A stretch of DNA of 64,000 bases, taken from contig CBDCJH010000002.1 in assembly GCA_965217775.1 (NCBI GenBank), forward strand, positions 2,976,001 to 3,040,000. Reading direction: 5' to 3'. This document shows, piece by piece, positions 1 through 10,200 of the stretch. How positions within the stretch are numbered: position 1 is the stretch's first letter; each line of letters begins with the position of its first letter. The DNA is from Acidobacteriota bacterium. Its GTDB lineage: Bacteria > Acidobacteriota > UBA6911 > RPQK01 > JAJDTT01. The notes beneath the pieces are model-generated. The model did no database searches. It saw nothing but the letters and a program-made list of their open reading frames with translations, and had not been told where the DNA came from. A program made the position numbers and the translations under genes.

Positions 1-1
1 A

Positions 2-367
2 ACCCATCGGGAGGACGAGCGTGACCTCTCCAGAGTGGGTGTCGAGTTACCCCTCTTCGAAGCTCTGGCTCGAGGTTACCTTGCGGAGACCACCCACTTT
101 CTCACCCCGACCGAACGGCGATACCTTCCCTTCTCGGGACAGCTCATCGCCTACGAGCTGGGTCTCCGCTTCCTGACGGACCATCTGGAAGGGGACGTCT
201 ATTTCAAGATCCGCCGGGAGGGTCAGAATCTGGATCGCTGCCGGGCCCAGTTCAAACTGGTGGAATCCATCCGACAGCACCAGGAGCAGATGGTCCGGCT
301 GGTCGAGGAGATCGCCGGCCGCGGCCCGACCAATCCGGTTCGGGACTTGGGCAGCCACCTGAATTGA
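2..367 (+). CDS. Aminoglycoside phosphotransferase / N-acetylhexosamine 1-kinase-like sugar kinase, C-terminal part (truncated at window edge)
   Basis: Frame open from nt 2 (THREDERDLSRV...). Motifs RFLTDHLEGDVYFKI and NLDRCRAQFKL typical of the NahK/MdsC-like kinase C-terminus. Confidence 0.75.
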   Translation, partial: THREDERDLSRVGVELPLFEALARGYLAETTHFLTPTERRYLPFSGQLIAYELGLRFLTDHLEGDVYFKIRREGQNLDRCRAQFKLVESIRQHQEQMVRLVEEIAGRGPTNPVRDLGSHLN

Positions 368-410
368 GGAATTTGTCCGGCGGCCGGAGACGGGTCCCGA
401 CGAGCGGGCG

Positions 411-1505
411 CTACTCGTAACCGAGAGCCGTGACCGGGTCCAGCTTGGCCGCCTTCCACGCCGGATAGAGAGCGCCCAGCACCGTTCCCCCCATCGAAAT
501 CCCCACCACCGCCACTCGCCAGTAGGGCTTGATAATCACCGGCAAGGAAGGAAAATTGGCGGCAATCAGGCTGAGAACTGCCCAGGTCAGGAGGAAACCG
601 GAGATCAGGCCCAGCACCGAGACCAGCAGGGATTCCTCGAGAAAGAGGCGGACGATATAGGACTTGGAGGCCCCCAGAGACTTGAGGATGCCGATCTCCC
701 GGGTCCTCTCCACGATGGTGCTGTAAGTGGCCGTGAGCGTCACCAGGAAACTCATGGCCACGGCCAGTGCGACGATCACCAGGAGGAATTCGCGAAAAAC
801 GGGTGTGGTCGAAGTGAAGAGTTGTTCCAGGTTCTCGGTAGCTGTGACCCTGTAATTCTCGAAACGGGTTTCCAGCGCCGTTCGAACCTGATCGTGGGGC
901 TTCCCGTCCTCCGCCCGGATGAAGAAGACCGAGCACTTGCCCGGAGTTCCGTTGATCTTCTGCATGGTTTCGAGGGGGATCATGGCCCGGCCGGCGGTTC
1001 CCCTCTGGAAGATCCCGGTGATCTCGAACCGGTGCCCCAGGAGATCGACGTCCTGTCCGACCTCGATCTGATTGTTGGAGGCGTAGAGTTCGTCGACGAC
1101 GGCTTCGTCCCCCGACTCGAAAAACCGGCCTTGGACGAACCTCAGTCCGTCGTTGACTTGCTGAAAGCTGGACGCGTCCACGCCATAGACCGCGAAGAAG
1201 TTCCTGCTGACGACCTTGACCATGATCGGAGTCGAGGCCTCGATCCCATCCACCTTCTCGATGACGCGTCCGATCCTCACGTCCATGGCGCCGCTGTTGA
1301 GCGCCAGGAAAAAGGAGGCGTCCGGTGGCTGGAGCATGAAGTCGCCTCCGATGCGGCGCGTCCGTTGCGCCTGATCGAGCAACTGGCCGTAGGAGAGTCC
1401 GACGCTGACCAGAACCAGGACCACACCCAGGGAAACGGCCATGACGTTGACGCAGGTGCGGGTCGGCCGCTGGCGGAGGTTCGAGAGAATCAGGTGCCAC
1501 ATCAT
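411..1505 (-). CDS. ABC transporter permease, MacB/FtsX family
   Basis: N-terminal TM, periplasmic domain, ERTREIGILKSLGAS motif, C-terminal PAWKAAKLDPVTAL. Confidence 0.9.
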   Translation of the reverse strand: MMWHLILSNLRQRPTRTCVNVMAVSLGVVLVLVSVGLSYGQLLDQAQRTRRIGGDFMLQPPDASFFLALNSGAMDVRIGRVIEKVDGIEASTPIMVKVVSRNFFAVYGVDASSFQQVNDGLRFVQGRFFESGDEAVVDELYASNNQIEVGQDVDLLGHRFEITGIFQRGTAGRAMIPLETMQKINGTPGKCSVFFIRAEDGKPHDQVRTALETRFENYRVTATENLEQLFTSTTPVFREFLLVIVALAVAMSFLVTLTATYSTIVERTREIGILKSLGASKSYIVRLFLEESLLVSVLGLISGFLLTWAVLSLIAANFPSLPVIIKPYWRVAVVGISMGGTVLGALYPAWKAAKLDPVTALGYE

Positions 1506-1732
1506 CGCATCGGGCCCAGTCCGCTGCCGGTCGGGGCGTTGAACTCGTTTTCCACCCGGGACAAGGCTATCTTGTCGCTTTGGAAAACTAGCATAATGTT
1601 ATTCGCTCCCCAGGCCGGGGTGCAACTCGGGACCCAGAGTGTTCGTTGACTCTGCCCCGAATCGCGCCCATCCTGATTGGCGAGACGAGGACCAGGCCCA
1701 TGACGAACCCCGATTCAGGAAAGGATCCCGCC

Positions 1733-2848
1733 ATGCCCCAACAGCCAGCCCTGCAGCTAGGGATGTTCCTCATGCCCGTGCACGATCCGGACAAACCTCT
1801 GACCCAATGCTTCGACGAGGACCTGGAACTGGTCGTGCGCTGCGAAGAGCTGGGATTTTCCGAGTTCTGGGTGGGAGAACATCATTCCTCCAGCGTGGAG
1901 AACATCGTCATGCCCGAGATCTTCATCGGCAAGGCGTTGGGAATGACTTCCCGGATCCGGATCGGACCGGCCCCGGTCTGCCTCCAATACCACCATCCGG
2001 CTCACGTCGCCTCGCGCCTGGCCTTTCTGGATCACCTGTCCCACGGGCGCCTCAATCTCTGCTTCGGTCCCGGAGCGATCCCCAGCGACATGGAGATCTA
2101 CGGCGTCGATCCGAAGCAATCCGGCGGTCTGGTTGGCGAAGCCATCGAGGCCATCCTGGGAATCTGGAGCCAGGACCCGCCCCTCGAGTTCCACGGGAAG
2201 TTCTGGGACTTCCGTCTTTCCGAAAACATCGACCCCGAAATGGGCATAGGCGTACTCCACAGACCGCTGCAGCGGCCCCACCCGCCCATCATGGTCCCCT
2301 GCATCACTCGCGACTCGATCGGCGTCCAGAAAGCGGCCGGCCGCGGTTTTCTTCCCATCAGCCACCACATGGTGTCGACGGACACCTTGCGGAACCACTG
2401 GTCGACCTACGAAACGGGAGCCCGCCAACACGGCCGCCGGGCGCGGATCGGCGACTGGAGAGTCTCCCGCAACGTGTTTGTGGCCGAAACCACCGCAGAA
2501 GCTCGCCGGCTGGCCGCCGGCAACTCCTTGGGGAAATGCATCGAATACATTCTGGAGCTGACCCGGAGGGGTCCCGGCGTGGACATCTGGAAACGGGATC
2601 CTTCCATGAGCGATGCCGATTGCAATCTGGACTATTTCCTGGACGAGGTGGTGATCGCGGGGGATCCGTCCCGGGTCACGCAGATGCTCCGGGAGTTGAG
2701 AGGCCAAGTCGGAGACTTCGGGACTCTCGTACTGACCGCTCATGACTGGGACGACAAGCAGAGCTGGATCCGGAGTCTGGAACTCCTGGCCCGGGAGGTC
2801 GTTCCTGCCCTGAATGCCGATCTTTCCGACTCGGCGTCATCGGCGTGA
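1733..2848 (+). CDS. Luciferase-like (LLM class) flavin-dependent monooxygenase
   Basis: LGMFLMPVH, EELGFSEFWVGEHHS, RIRIGPAPVCLQYHHP. ATG at 1733 follows AGGAAAGGA (alternative start 1700). Confidence 0.9.
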   Translation: MPQQPALQLGMFLMPVHDPDKPLTQCFDEDLELVVRCEELGFSEFWVGEHHSSSVENIVMPEIFIGKALGMTSRIRIGPAPVCLQYHHPAHVASRLAFLDHLSHGRLNLCFGPGAIPSDMEIYGVDPKQSGGLVGEAIEAILGIWSQDPPLEFHGKFWDFRLSENIDPEMGIGVLHRPLQRPHPPIMVPCITRDSIGVQKAAGRGFLPISHHMVSTDTLRNHWSTYETGARQHGRRARIGDWRVSRNVFVAETTAEARRLAAGNSLGKCIEYILELTRRGPGVDIWKRDPSMSDADCNLDYFLDEVVIAGDPSRVTQMLRELRGQVGDFGTLVLTAHDWDDKQSWIRSLELLAREVVPALNADLSDSASSA

Positions 2849-2885
2849 GAGGGTGGCGAACCGTGAAGCGAGAAAGAGGATAACC

Positions 2886-3845
2886 ATGAGATTCATCGGG
2901 CTGTTTGCGCTATGTTGGGCGATTCAGACGTCGGTCTGGCCTCAGGAGACACCCATCGGCTCCCGCTGGTGGCCTTCGGAGTGGGGCGCCGCGGATCAGC
3001 GCGGCGCCGCCAACCGGATCACCCCGGCCAAGGTCCTGGAAGCCAGCCGGCTCATCCGCACCGGCAAGATCTACTCGCTGGGTCAAGTCTACGAGGAAGG
3101 AATGCCGCTGGCGGGCAAGCGGCATTTCAAGCTCACCATCCCAGGATCTCCCACCTCGGGCGACCCCACCGGATCGAACGGGCTCGTGGGTTTCGACGAG
3201 ATGTTCAGCGGCGAGATCGGTCAGGTCGGAACCCAGTTCGACGGACTGGGCCACGTGGGCGTTCGACTGGCCGACGACGACTACTTCTACAACGGTTTCA
3301 AGCGGTCCCGGTTCGCCACTCCCTACGGGCTCCGGAAACTGGGCGTCGAGAACGTGGGCGTCTTCTTTACCCGCGGGGTCCTCATCGACGTGGCCTCGTA
3401 CAAGGGCGAGGACCGTCTGCAGCCGGGATACGTCATCACCGCAGACGACCTGCGGGGAGCTCTGACGAAACAGGGCGTGGAAGTCCGGGAAGGGGACGCG
3501 GTCCTGATCCGCACCGGACACGAGAAGCTCTGGATGCAGGACAACGACCTGTACAACTCGGGTGAGCCGGGAATCGGCATGGAGGCGGCCCGCTGGCTCA
3601 GCAGCCGGAAAACGGCCCTGACCGGGGCCGACAATTGGGCCATCGAGGTGGTCCCGCACGAGAATCCGGACCGGCCCTTCGAGGTGCATCAGTGGATGCT
3701 GGTGCGCCACGGGATCTACAACCTGGAAAATCTCACGCTGGAGGAGCTGGCGCGGGACAAGGTCTACGAGTTCGCCTTCGTCTTTTCCCCTCTCCGCCTG
3801 AAGGGAGCCACCGGATCTCCGGGAAATCCCATTGCCGTTCGCTGA
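2886..3845 (+). CDS. Secreted cyclase-family (kynurenine formamidase-like) metal-dependent hydrolase
   Basis: Signal peptide, WGAADQRGAANRIT, GTQFDGLGH, GDAVLIRTG, GATGSPGNPIAV. Confidence 0.85.
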   Translation: MRFIGLFALCWAIQTSVWPQETPIGSRWWPSEWGAADQRGAANRITPAKVLEASRLIRTGKIYSLGQVYEEGMPLAGKRHFKLTIPGSPTSGDPTGSNGLVGFDEMFSGEIGQVGTQFDGLGHVGVRLADDDYFYNGFKRSRFATPYGLRKLGVENVGVFFTRGVLIDVASYKGEDRLQPGYVITADDLRGALTKQGVEVREGDAVLIRTGHEKLWMQDNDLYNSGEPGIGMEAARWLSSRKTALTGADNWAIEVVPHENPDRPFEVHQWMLVRHGIYNLENLTLEELARDKVYEFAFVFSPLRLKGATGSPGNPIAVR

Positions 3846-3873
3846 TCCCGAAGACCTGAGTATGGAGGCCTCC

Positions 3874-5364
3874 ATGGACCCATCGCAGACACCCGGCGGC
3901 GACCGTCGGCAGCAGACTTTTTTCGGTCATCCCCGAGGGCTCTCGACCCTCTTCTTCACCGAGATGTGGGAGCGTTTCAGCTACTACGGCATGAGGGCTC
4001 TCCTGGTCCTGTTCATGATCGACACCGCCCGCGGAGGTATGGGCATGGGCACGGCCGAGGCAGGCGCGATCTACGGTCTGTACACCTTCGGGGTCTACGC
4101 GCTGGCCCTCCCCGGAGGATGGGTGGCGGACCGGCTCATCGGCCAGCGGCGCGCCGTCCTGGTGGGGGGGATCATCATCGCCGCCGGCCACTACGCGCTG
4201 GCGATTCCGGCCGAGGTCACGTTCTACGTGGGGTTGGGCCTGGTGGCCCTGGGCACCGGGCTGCTGAAACCGAACGTCAGCGCCATCGTCGGAGACCTCT
4301 ATGTGGGAAACGACGTGCGGCGGGACGCCGGATTCACCATTTTCTACATGGGAATCAACGTCGGAGCCTTCCTGGGGCCGGGGATCTGCTCCCTCCTGGG
4401 CGAGAAGGTGGATTGGCATCTGGGCTTCGGCGCCGCCGGCGTGGGCATGACCTTCGCCGTGCTGCAGTACGTGCTGGGACGGCGGCATCTGGCCGGGGCC
4501 GGTGAACTCAAGGGGGACGCGTCCAGTCTCCGGACGCAGGCCCGGTCTCGAGGCCAGTTCCTGAGGGGTCTGGGAGTGGTGGCCGCCGCGACACTGGTTC
4601 TCGTCGCCCTGACTTCGGCCGGGCTCCTGACGCTCACGGTGGAGGCCGTGGCCCGAACCGTCTCGCTCTCGATTTCGATTCTGGCCGTCCTCTACTTCAG
4701 CTACGTCATCCTGTTCGCCTGCAGAGACGGCCTGGAAAGGCGGAGGGTGGGTCTCATCTTCGTCCTCTTCATCGGCGCCGCCCTGTTTTGGTCCGGCTTC
4801 GAGCAGGCCGGGTCCAGCATGAACCTGTTCGCAAAGGAACACACCGACCTGATGATTTTCTCCTGGGAGTTTCCCGCCGGTTGGCTGCAGCAGGTCAATC
4901 CCCTGTTCATCGTCCTGCTGGCGCCCTTGATGGGAATGCTCTGGGTCGGCCTCGGGTCGAGGAATCCGTCGCTGGGGGTCAAGTTCGCCTTCGCGCTGGT
5001 ACTGCTGGGTGTCGGTTTTTTCGTCATGGCCTGGGGCTCCCAATACGTCGGTGCGGGCAAGGTGAGCCCCGTATGGCTGGTGACGACCTACTTCTTCCAC
5101 ACCGTGGGGGAACTCTGCCTCAGCCCGGTGGGGTTGAGCAGCATCACCAAGCTCTCGCCGGCGCGTCTCGTCGGGCAGATGATGGGAACCTGGTTCATGG
5201 GAGCCGCCCTGGGGAACCTCATCGCCGGGCTCATGGCGGGACGGCTCGAGACCATGACCGCCGAGGAGTTGTTCTTCAACGTCGCCGTCACCTCGGTCGT
5301 GGCCGGAGCCGTGTTCCTGATCTGTGCCCGGCCGATCCGGTGGTTGGCCGCCGGGGTGAAATAG
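3874..5364 (+). CDS. POT/PTR family proton-dependent di-/tripeptide transporter
   Basis: GHPRGL..LFFTEMWERFSYYGMRA (ExxERFxYY), GLLKPN, FYMGINVG, GELCLSPVG. GGAGG RBS. Confidence 0.93.
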   Translation: MDPSQTPGGDRRQQTFFGHPRGLSTLFFTEMWERFSYYGMRALLVLFMIDTARGGMGMGTAEAGAIYGLYTFGVYALALPGGWVADRLIGQRRAVLVGGIIIAAGHYALAIPAEVTFYVGLGLVALGTGLLKPNVSAIVGDLYVGNDVRRDAGFTIFYMGINVGAFLGPGICSLLGEKVDWHLGFGAAGVGMTFAVLQYVLGRRHLAGAGELKGDASSLRTQARSRGQFLRGLGVVAAATLVLVALTSAGLLTLTVEAVARTVSLSISILAVLYFSYVILFACRDGLERRRVGLIFVLFIGAALFWSGFEQAGSSMNLFAKEHTDLMIFSWEFPAGWLQQVNPLFIVLLAPLMGMLWVGLGSRNPSLGVKFAFALVLLGVGFFVMAWGSQYVGAGKVSPVWLVTTYFFHTVGELCLSPVGLSSITKLSPARLVGQMMGTWFMGAALGNLIAGLMAGRLETMTAEELFFNVAVTSVVAGAVFLICARPIRWLAAGVK

Positions 5365-5391
5365 AAGGCGGCGGAGACTGAAACCGGTGGA

Positions 5392-5440
5392 TGAGTCTTC
5401 AGGGCGGCGCCCCGCTCCTACCGTTCACACAGAAGACTCA
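5392..5440. repeat. REP-like palindrome (GTAGGAGCGGG.. on the minus strand) enclosed by the inverted repeat TGAGTCTTC/GAAGACTCA
   Basis: Inverted 9-mers at 5392-5400 and 5432-5440 around ..CCGCTCCTAC, between convergent genes. Confidence 0.5.
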
Positions 5441-5453
5441 GATCCTCGAACCG

Positions 5454-6779
5454 TCACCGTAGGTTTGGTCCCAAGACCCTGGCAATGTGGTGGTTTACAA
5501 CCTGGTGCTCGACCACGCGCGAGGAAACGCCGAACTCTACGGCCAACTCATCGATGTCCTCCGCATCCACTACGGGGAGAGACACCCGTTTCTTCAAGGC
5601 ATGCGAAGGTGCCAGGAACTCGGCTGCAAAGGCACGATTTCGCTGCTGCCGCTCGGAATATGCTCTCGTGAGCAGCCTGTCGGTGCCCGGCGGAGTGAGC
5701 ACTTCCGCCAGGGCGCGACAGAAGTGGAACCGCCAGTGATAGCCATGGAGCCTCCGAAAAGCGAAGGCCGGGTTATCTCCTTCGCCGCCGGTGATCACTC
5801 CATCGATTAGTGGGGCACCGCTGAAGACCACAGGCCGCCTCACCTTTTCAAGCGACTCCGGGTCCTCGCCGATAGCCTTTGCGATATCGGCATCGGTGGG
5901 CAGTGGATTGCCGTCCAGATCCAATTCCCGCCGTAGTCGCCGCGCCGCGTCGTAACCTGCAGCCCAAGGATTGAGCCTCGCATAACCTGCTTCCGGAAAA
6001 ATTTGTGGACGAAGGCACTTGAAACGATCCAGACTGAGCCTGTTGGACTTGGCGTCGTCGATGGCGTTGGCAATGGCAGGCGTGCTACTTGTCAGGGTCA
6101 TCGGATCAAGGGCGGCTACCGCTTCTTCCAGCACCGCCCCATTCAACACTTCGGCGAGCCAAAGCACTAGCGCGCGTCCCTCATCATCCAGGGCATAAGG
6201 ATCCCAACCCAACCCAGCTGCGGTTTCGCAGAATTCAGACTCGTCTTTGTCCCCCGTCTGAATTGCGGCCCATTCCTCCTCAAGGAATGTCCCTTCGACG
6301 CCAAGAGATGCGAGCCGTCGAATCACTCGATCGACGAGATCAGCGCAACTCTCCCGGAACTCGTTGCTGTCCGTCCAGACTTGCCCCTCTTCCAGGAATT
6401 CGACTCTGGTCCAAGTGGACAGATTGCGCTTCCAGGCCAGGAGTGTCCGGGCACCCGAGGAAACGACCTCCAAGTCGGGGAAAGCATAACCCTCCCGGCC
6501 TGACCGTAGCCCATGTCGCCGAAGGAAGGCAGGATCCGCTTCCTTGGCCGGATTTCCGTATTCATCCGTCAAGAACCACCAGTTCGTGGCCAACCACTCC
6601 GCCAACGGGTACAGAGGAACGTAAACGAAATCGCGAACTGTCTGTGCGCGTGCGTCCAGCACACGCGTAACGATCGAGTCGCCTGCGTGGATGCGCAGAG
6701 ACGCCCACGTCGCGGACAATTCGGGACCATTGATCCCTTCCGCATCCACCCAATCGATCTCGAAGCTAAGCTTCGGCAT
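5454..6779 (-). CDS. ImmA/IrrE (DUF955)-like protein with long N-terminal extension; HExxH motif absent
   Basis: C-terminal QQRNRAFAAEFLAP...ELAVEFGVSSRVVEHQVVN matches the ImmA/IrrE tail. RFHFCRALAE sits where RF..AHELxH is expected. Confidence 0.7.
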   Translation of the reverse strand: MPKLSFEIDWVDAEGINGPELSATWASLRIHAGDSIVTRVLDARAQTVRDFVYVPLYPLAEWLATNWWFLTDEYGNPAKEADPAFLRRHGLRSGREGYAFPDLEVVSSGARTLLAWKRNLSTWTRVEFLEEGQVWTDSNEFRESCADLVDRVIRRLASLGVEGTFLEEEWAAIQTGDKDESEFCETAAGLGWDPYALDDEGRALVLWLAEVLNGAVLEEAVAALDPMTLTSSTPAIANAIDDAKSNRLSLDRFKCLRPQIFPEAGYARLNPWAAGYDAARRLRRELDLDGNPLPTDADIAKAIGEDPESLEKVRRPVVFSGAPLIDGVITGGEGDNPAFAFRRLHGYHWRFHFCRALAEVLTPPGTDRLLTRAYSERQQRNRAFAAEFLAPSHALKKRVSLPVVDAEDIDELAVEFGVSSRVVEHQVVNHHIARVLGPNLR

Positions 6780-6903
6780 ATAGAGCCTCAATACCCTCCG
6801 GCCATTCGTCCTCTTCGAGCGGATACCCTTTGTACGAACCGTTCCCCCGGTTCACCAGCCGACCTTCAAAAACCGTCCCGCCATCCTTGTACCAAACATA
6901 GGG
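6766..6903 (-). pseudogene. 3' remnant of the small partner gene upstream of the ImmA/IrrE-like gene
   Basis: Minus frame reads PYVWYKDGGTVFEGRLVNRGNGSYKGYPLEEDEWPEGIEALYAEA* and overlaps the ImmA start. No in-frame ATG/GTG/TTG upstream of this segment before the stop at 7003-7005. Confidence 0.55.
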
Positions 6904-6995
6904 AGAGAGGGAGTGTCGGTGCGGGCACGGGGGTCGCGGGCTTTCCGCGACCTGTAGCCAGCCCTTCCATCCGCTCCAAAACCGAATCCCGGTAT

Positions 6996-7142
6996 TTAGG
7001 CCTCACGGTCCCGGTATTTGGAACGGCGGTAGGTGGCGGGTTTCATCCGCACCTTGCCGCACTTGGGGCAGCACCACTTCTCCTGCTTGTGGGCGCGATG
7101 GGCGGCGACCTTCATCTTGGTGCGGCAGCGTGAACAGGTCAT
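6996..7142 (-). CDS. 48-aa basic zinc-ribbon microprotein (CxxC...CPxCG)
   Basis: MTCSRCRTKMKVAAHRAHKQEKWCCPKCGKVRMKPATYRRSKYRDREA*. GC3-rich codons and a GGGGAAAGT purine tract before the ATG. Too short for the ORF track. Confidence 0.7.
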   Translation of the reverse strand: MTCSRCRTKMKVAAHRAHKQEKWCCPKCGKVRMKPATYRRSKYRDREA

Positions 7143-7207
7143 ACTTTCCCCATATTCTGTCGAAAACCGCTCGCTTCAGCGCGCATTTTTCGGTGGGACG
7201 AACACCC

Positions 7208-10200
7208 TCAAAAAACAAAGCGAACTCCGAAGCGTGCCGCGATCGGGTCCAGGAACCGATCCTGCTGCAGGAAGCGAGGATCCCGGGCCGCGCCCTGGGA
7301 GGCGGCTATGGCGCGATAGTCGTAGCCGTTCAGGACTTGCGAGACCGGGTCGCCGGGTTGCCACAAGGGAAGGGACTGGCGGTACAGGCTTCGGAAGGTC
7401 CGCAAGCCCGTCTTCTGGTTGAAGAGATTGATGACGTTGAAGTTGATCTCGAACGATCGGGTTTCATCCGGGAAAGGGTAGAAGCGCTGGACCAGGGAGA
7501 GGTCCGTCTGGGTCCAGAACGGGTTGCGTCCGTCGCTGCCGCGGTTGTTGACCATGACGTCCACGTGTTCCAGATCGGCCGTCCGGGTGATGGGCGTTCC
7601 GCTCATGGCGCGGAAGAAACCGCTCACAGCCATGTCCCAGGGAGTGAGGACCATCCAATTGACCTTGAGCTGGTGGGTTCGGTCGGTGCCCAGCGGCCCG
7701 TCGATCAGGTTGCCGCTGGAGTCGTAGTTGAGGAACCAGAGATCGAAATCGCGGTCGACGTTCGGACTGAGGCGTCCGTTCTCGTCGGAGCTTCCCAAGC
7801 CTGAGTAGAGGCCGTAAAGCCGGGAATACACATACGCGACATCCGCAAACCAATGGTCTCGGATGGACTTCCGTAAGCGGAATTCGGCCGCGTCGTACGT
7901 TCGCTTGGGATGGGGGGTCACCGGCAGTCCCGCTTCCAGGAAACGGTCGACGGAAAGGCCGCGCCCCGGGTTGGTGATGTAGTAGGCTTCACCCGCCCGT
8001 GTCTGCCGGCCGACGTCCTCGATCGCCTCATCCAGATTCTTTCGCGTGTACCGGACCGAAACCACATAGTCCGTCGCGGCCTCGACCTCGACCCCGGCCA
8101 CGACTCCCGTCATGCGCATGGGTTTCAGATCGGGGTCCAGGTCCTCGAATGACGGGAGTCGCCAGTTCCTGGTCTCGACGAAAGTTCCGGGATAGTCCCC
8201 TTGGCCCGACAGCCCGCCGATCCGGGTCCAATCGAGCGTGGTGTCGTCCATCAGGTAATAGTGGCTCAACCATTTGAACCCGCCGAACGACCCGTTGGCC
8301 ATCTCAAGCTTCATCGCGTCGTAGAATCGGGCCCAACTGCCGAAGAGCTTGACCTTCGCGTTCCCGAGGAGGTCATAGGCGAAGCCCAAGCGGGGCGCGG
8401 TCTTGTCGAGGAAACCCCACTTGAAGACGGCCCCGGAAAATTCCGGAAGATCGCTGAAGGAGGGGATCTCTTCGTGCTCGAAGCGAAGTCCGAGGTTCAG
8501 GGTGAGCGAACCGTTGATGGTCCAGGCATCCTGGAAGAACAGGGCATGGCGGTGAGTGACGACGTTCGCCACGACGCCGAACGGCGTGCGCAGCTCGTAA
8601 TAGCCGCAAGGATCGTAGCGCACGCCGTCCGGACCCGTGCAGGTGCTGGTCCGGACGTTCCCGTCCACGGTGTTGTAGGGGCGAGTGTAGTTGTACAGGA
8701 TGTAGTCGAACTTGTAGGCGTCGTTGACGTCGTGGGCGAGCCCGTTGAACTGCCAGCCGAAGCGCAGGTCGTGCTGCTGGCCGGCCAGGGTGGCCAGATA
8801 ACTCCCACTCAGAGACAGGGTGCTCTTTTTCTGGAAATCCTGCGAGGTATTGTAGCTTGCCGAGTGTCCGATCGAAGAGAATCCACGTGGTCGATACCGG
8901 GGGTGGTCCGGCGCATATCCGATCAGTCCCGGCGTTTGGAGAAACCGGTGACGGACCTGGTTCGGTCCCAGCAGTTGTTCGGTCTGGATGGCGTTCAATC
9001 CCCACCGGGCGTCCACGATCAAAACCGGAGACGGTGTGATGGTCATGGCTCCCGTCACCGTGTAGCCGGGATGTTCGAACCCTTCTTCCGCCCATTCGTA
9101 ATTCGGGTTGGAAGTACCGTCGCGATCGGGCAATCCACCCTTCCATCGCGACCGGTCCGCAACGTACGAGGTCATGAATCTCACTCTGTCCGCGGGCTGG
9201 AAGTCGATCTTGGCGGTCGTGCTGCGCAACCGGTCCTGCCGTCTGAAATCGCCCGTTTCTCCGGATGTGAAGGTGACGGAGCGCGTCCGGTTTCGGATTT
9301 GGGGCAGGAGCGCCCCGAAGAACCAGATGCGGTCGCGCCAGATCGGGCCCCCCAAGGTGAAGCCGAATTCGTTGATCGCCTCATCGTCTTCGGCGTCGAA
9401 CACGTATTCGGCCACGTCGGCGGACTGGGCCGGGTCCAGGCGCAGTCGCTTGCTCGGTGCACCCGCCAAAGCGCTTCCACTGCCATACCACAGAATGCTG
9501 CCGTGAAAGTCGTTCGATCCGCTCTTGGTCCGGATGCTGAGCACGCCCCCCATGGCACCGCCGAATTCGGCCTCGTACCCGGCCGTCTTCAACTGGAACT
9601 CCTGCACCGTTTCGACCCGTAGGTTCTGGTTGTTCAACCCGTTGTACATGCTCGTGGTATCGACACCGTCGATGTAGAAGACGTTCTCCGCGCCGGAGGA
9701 CCCGTCGACGGAGATTCCACGGACGTCCTGCCCCCTGTAGGTCACGTTGCCCGCCAGGGCTTCGATGTTGACGCTCGGCGTAAAGCGCGCGTAGTCGCTG
9801 AAGTCTCGACCGCCGGGGGCGTCCGTTATCCCTTGCCCGGCATAAATCGCGGCGGACTCGCTCTTGAACGTATCGATCGCCGCCTGGCCTGCCTCGACGA
9901 CGATCGTACTGTCGAGTTGACCGACCTCGAGAGCCATCTCAACCGAAAAAATCCGTCCCGCCTGGACCACGACTTCTTCATTCACTGCAGTCTGGAACCC
10001 CGGGAATCGGATGATTACCGTGTAATTTCCGGGTGGAAGGCTGTTCCCGATCACCAATCCGTGATCGTCGGAGACCCCAAAGACCGGCCGGATCAACACC
10101 TTGCCGCCGAACTCGACTTCGGCGCCGGGGATGACGCTACCGGTCTGGTCGGTGACGAGGACACGGAGACCGCCGAACTGCTGCTGCGCGGCGACGGGAG

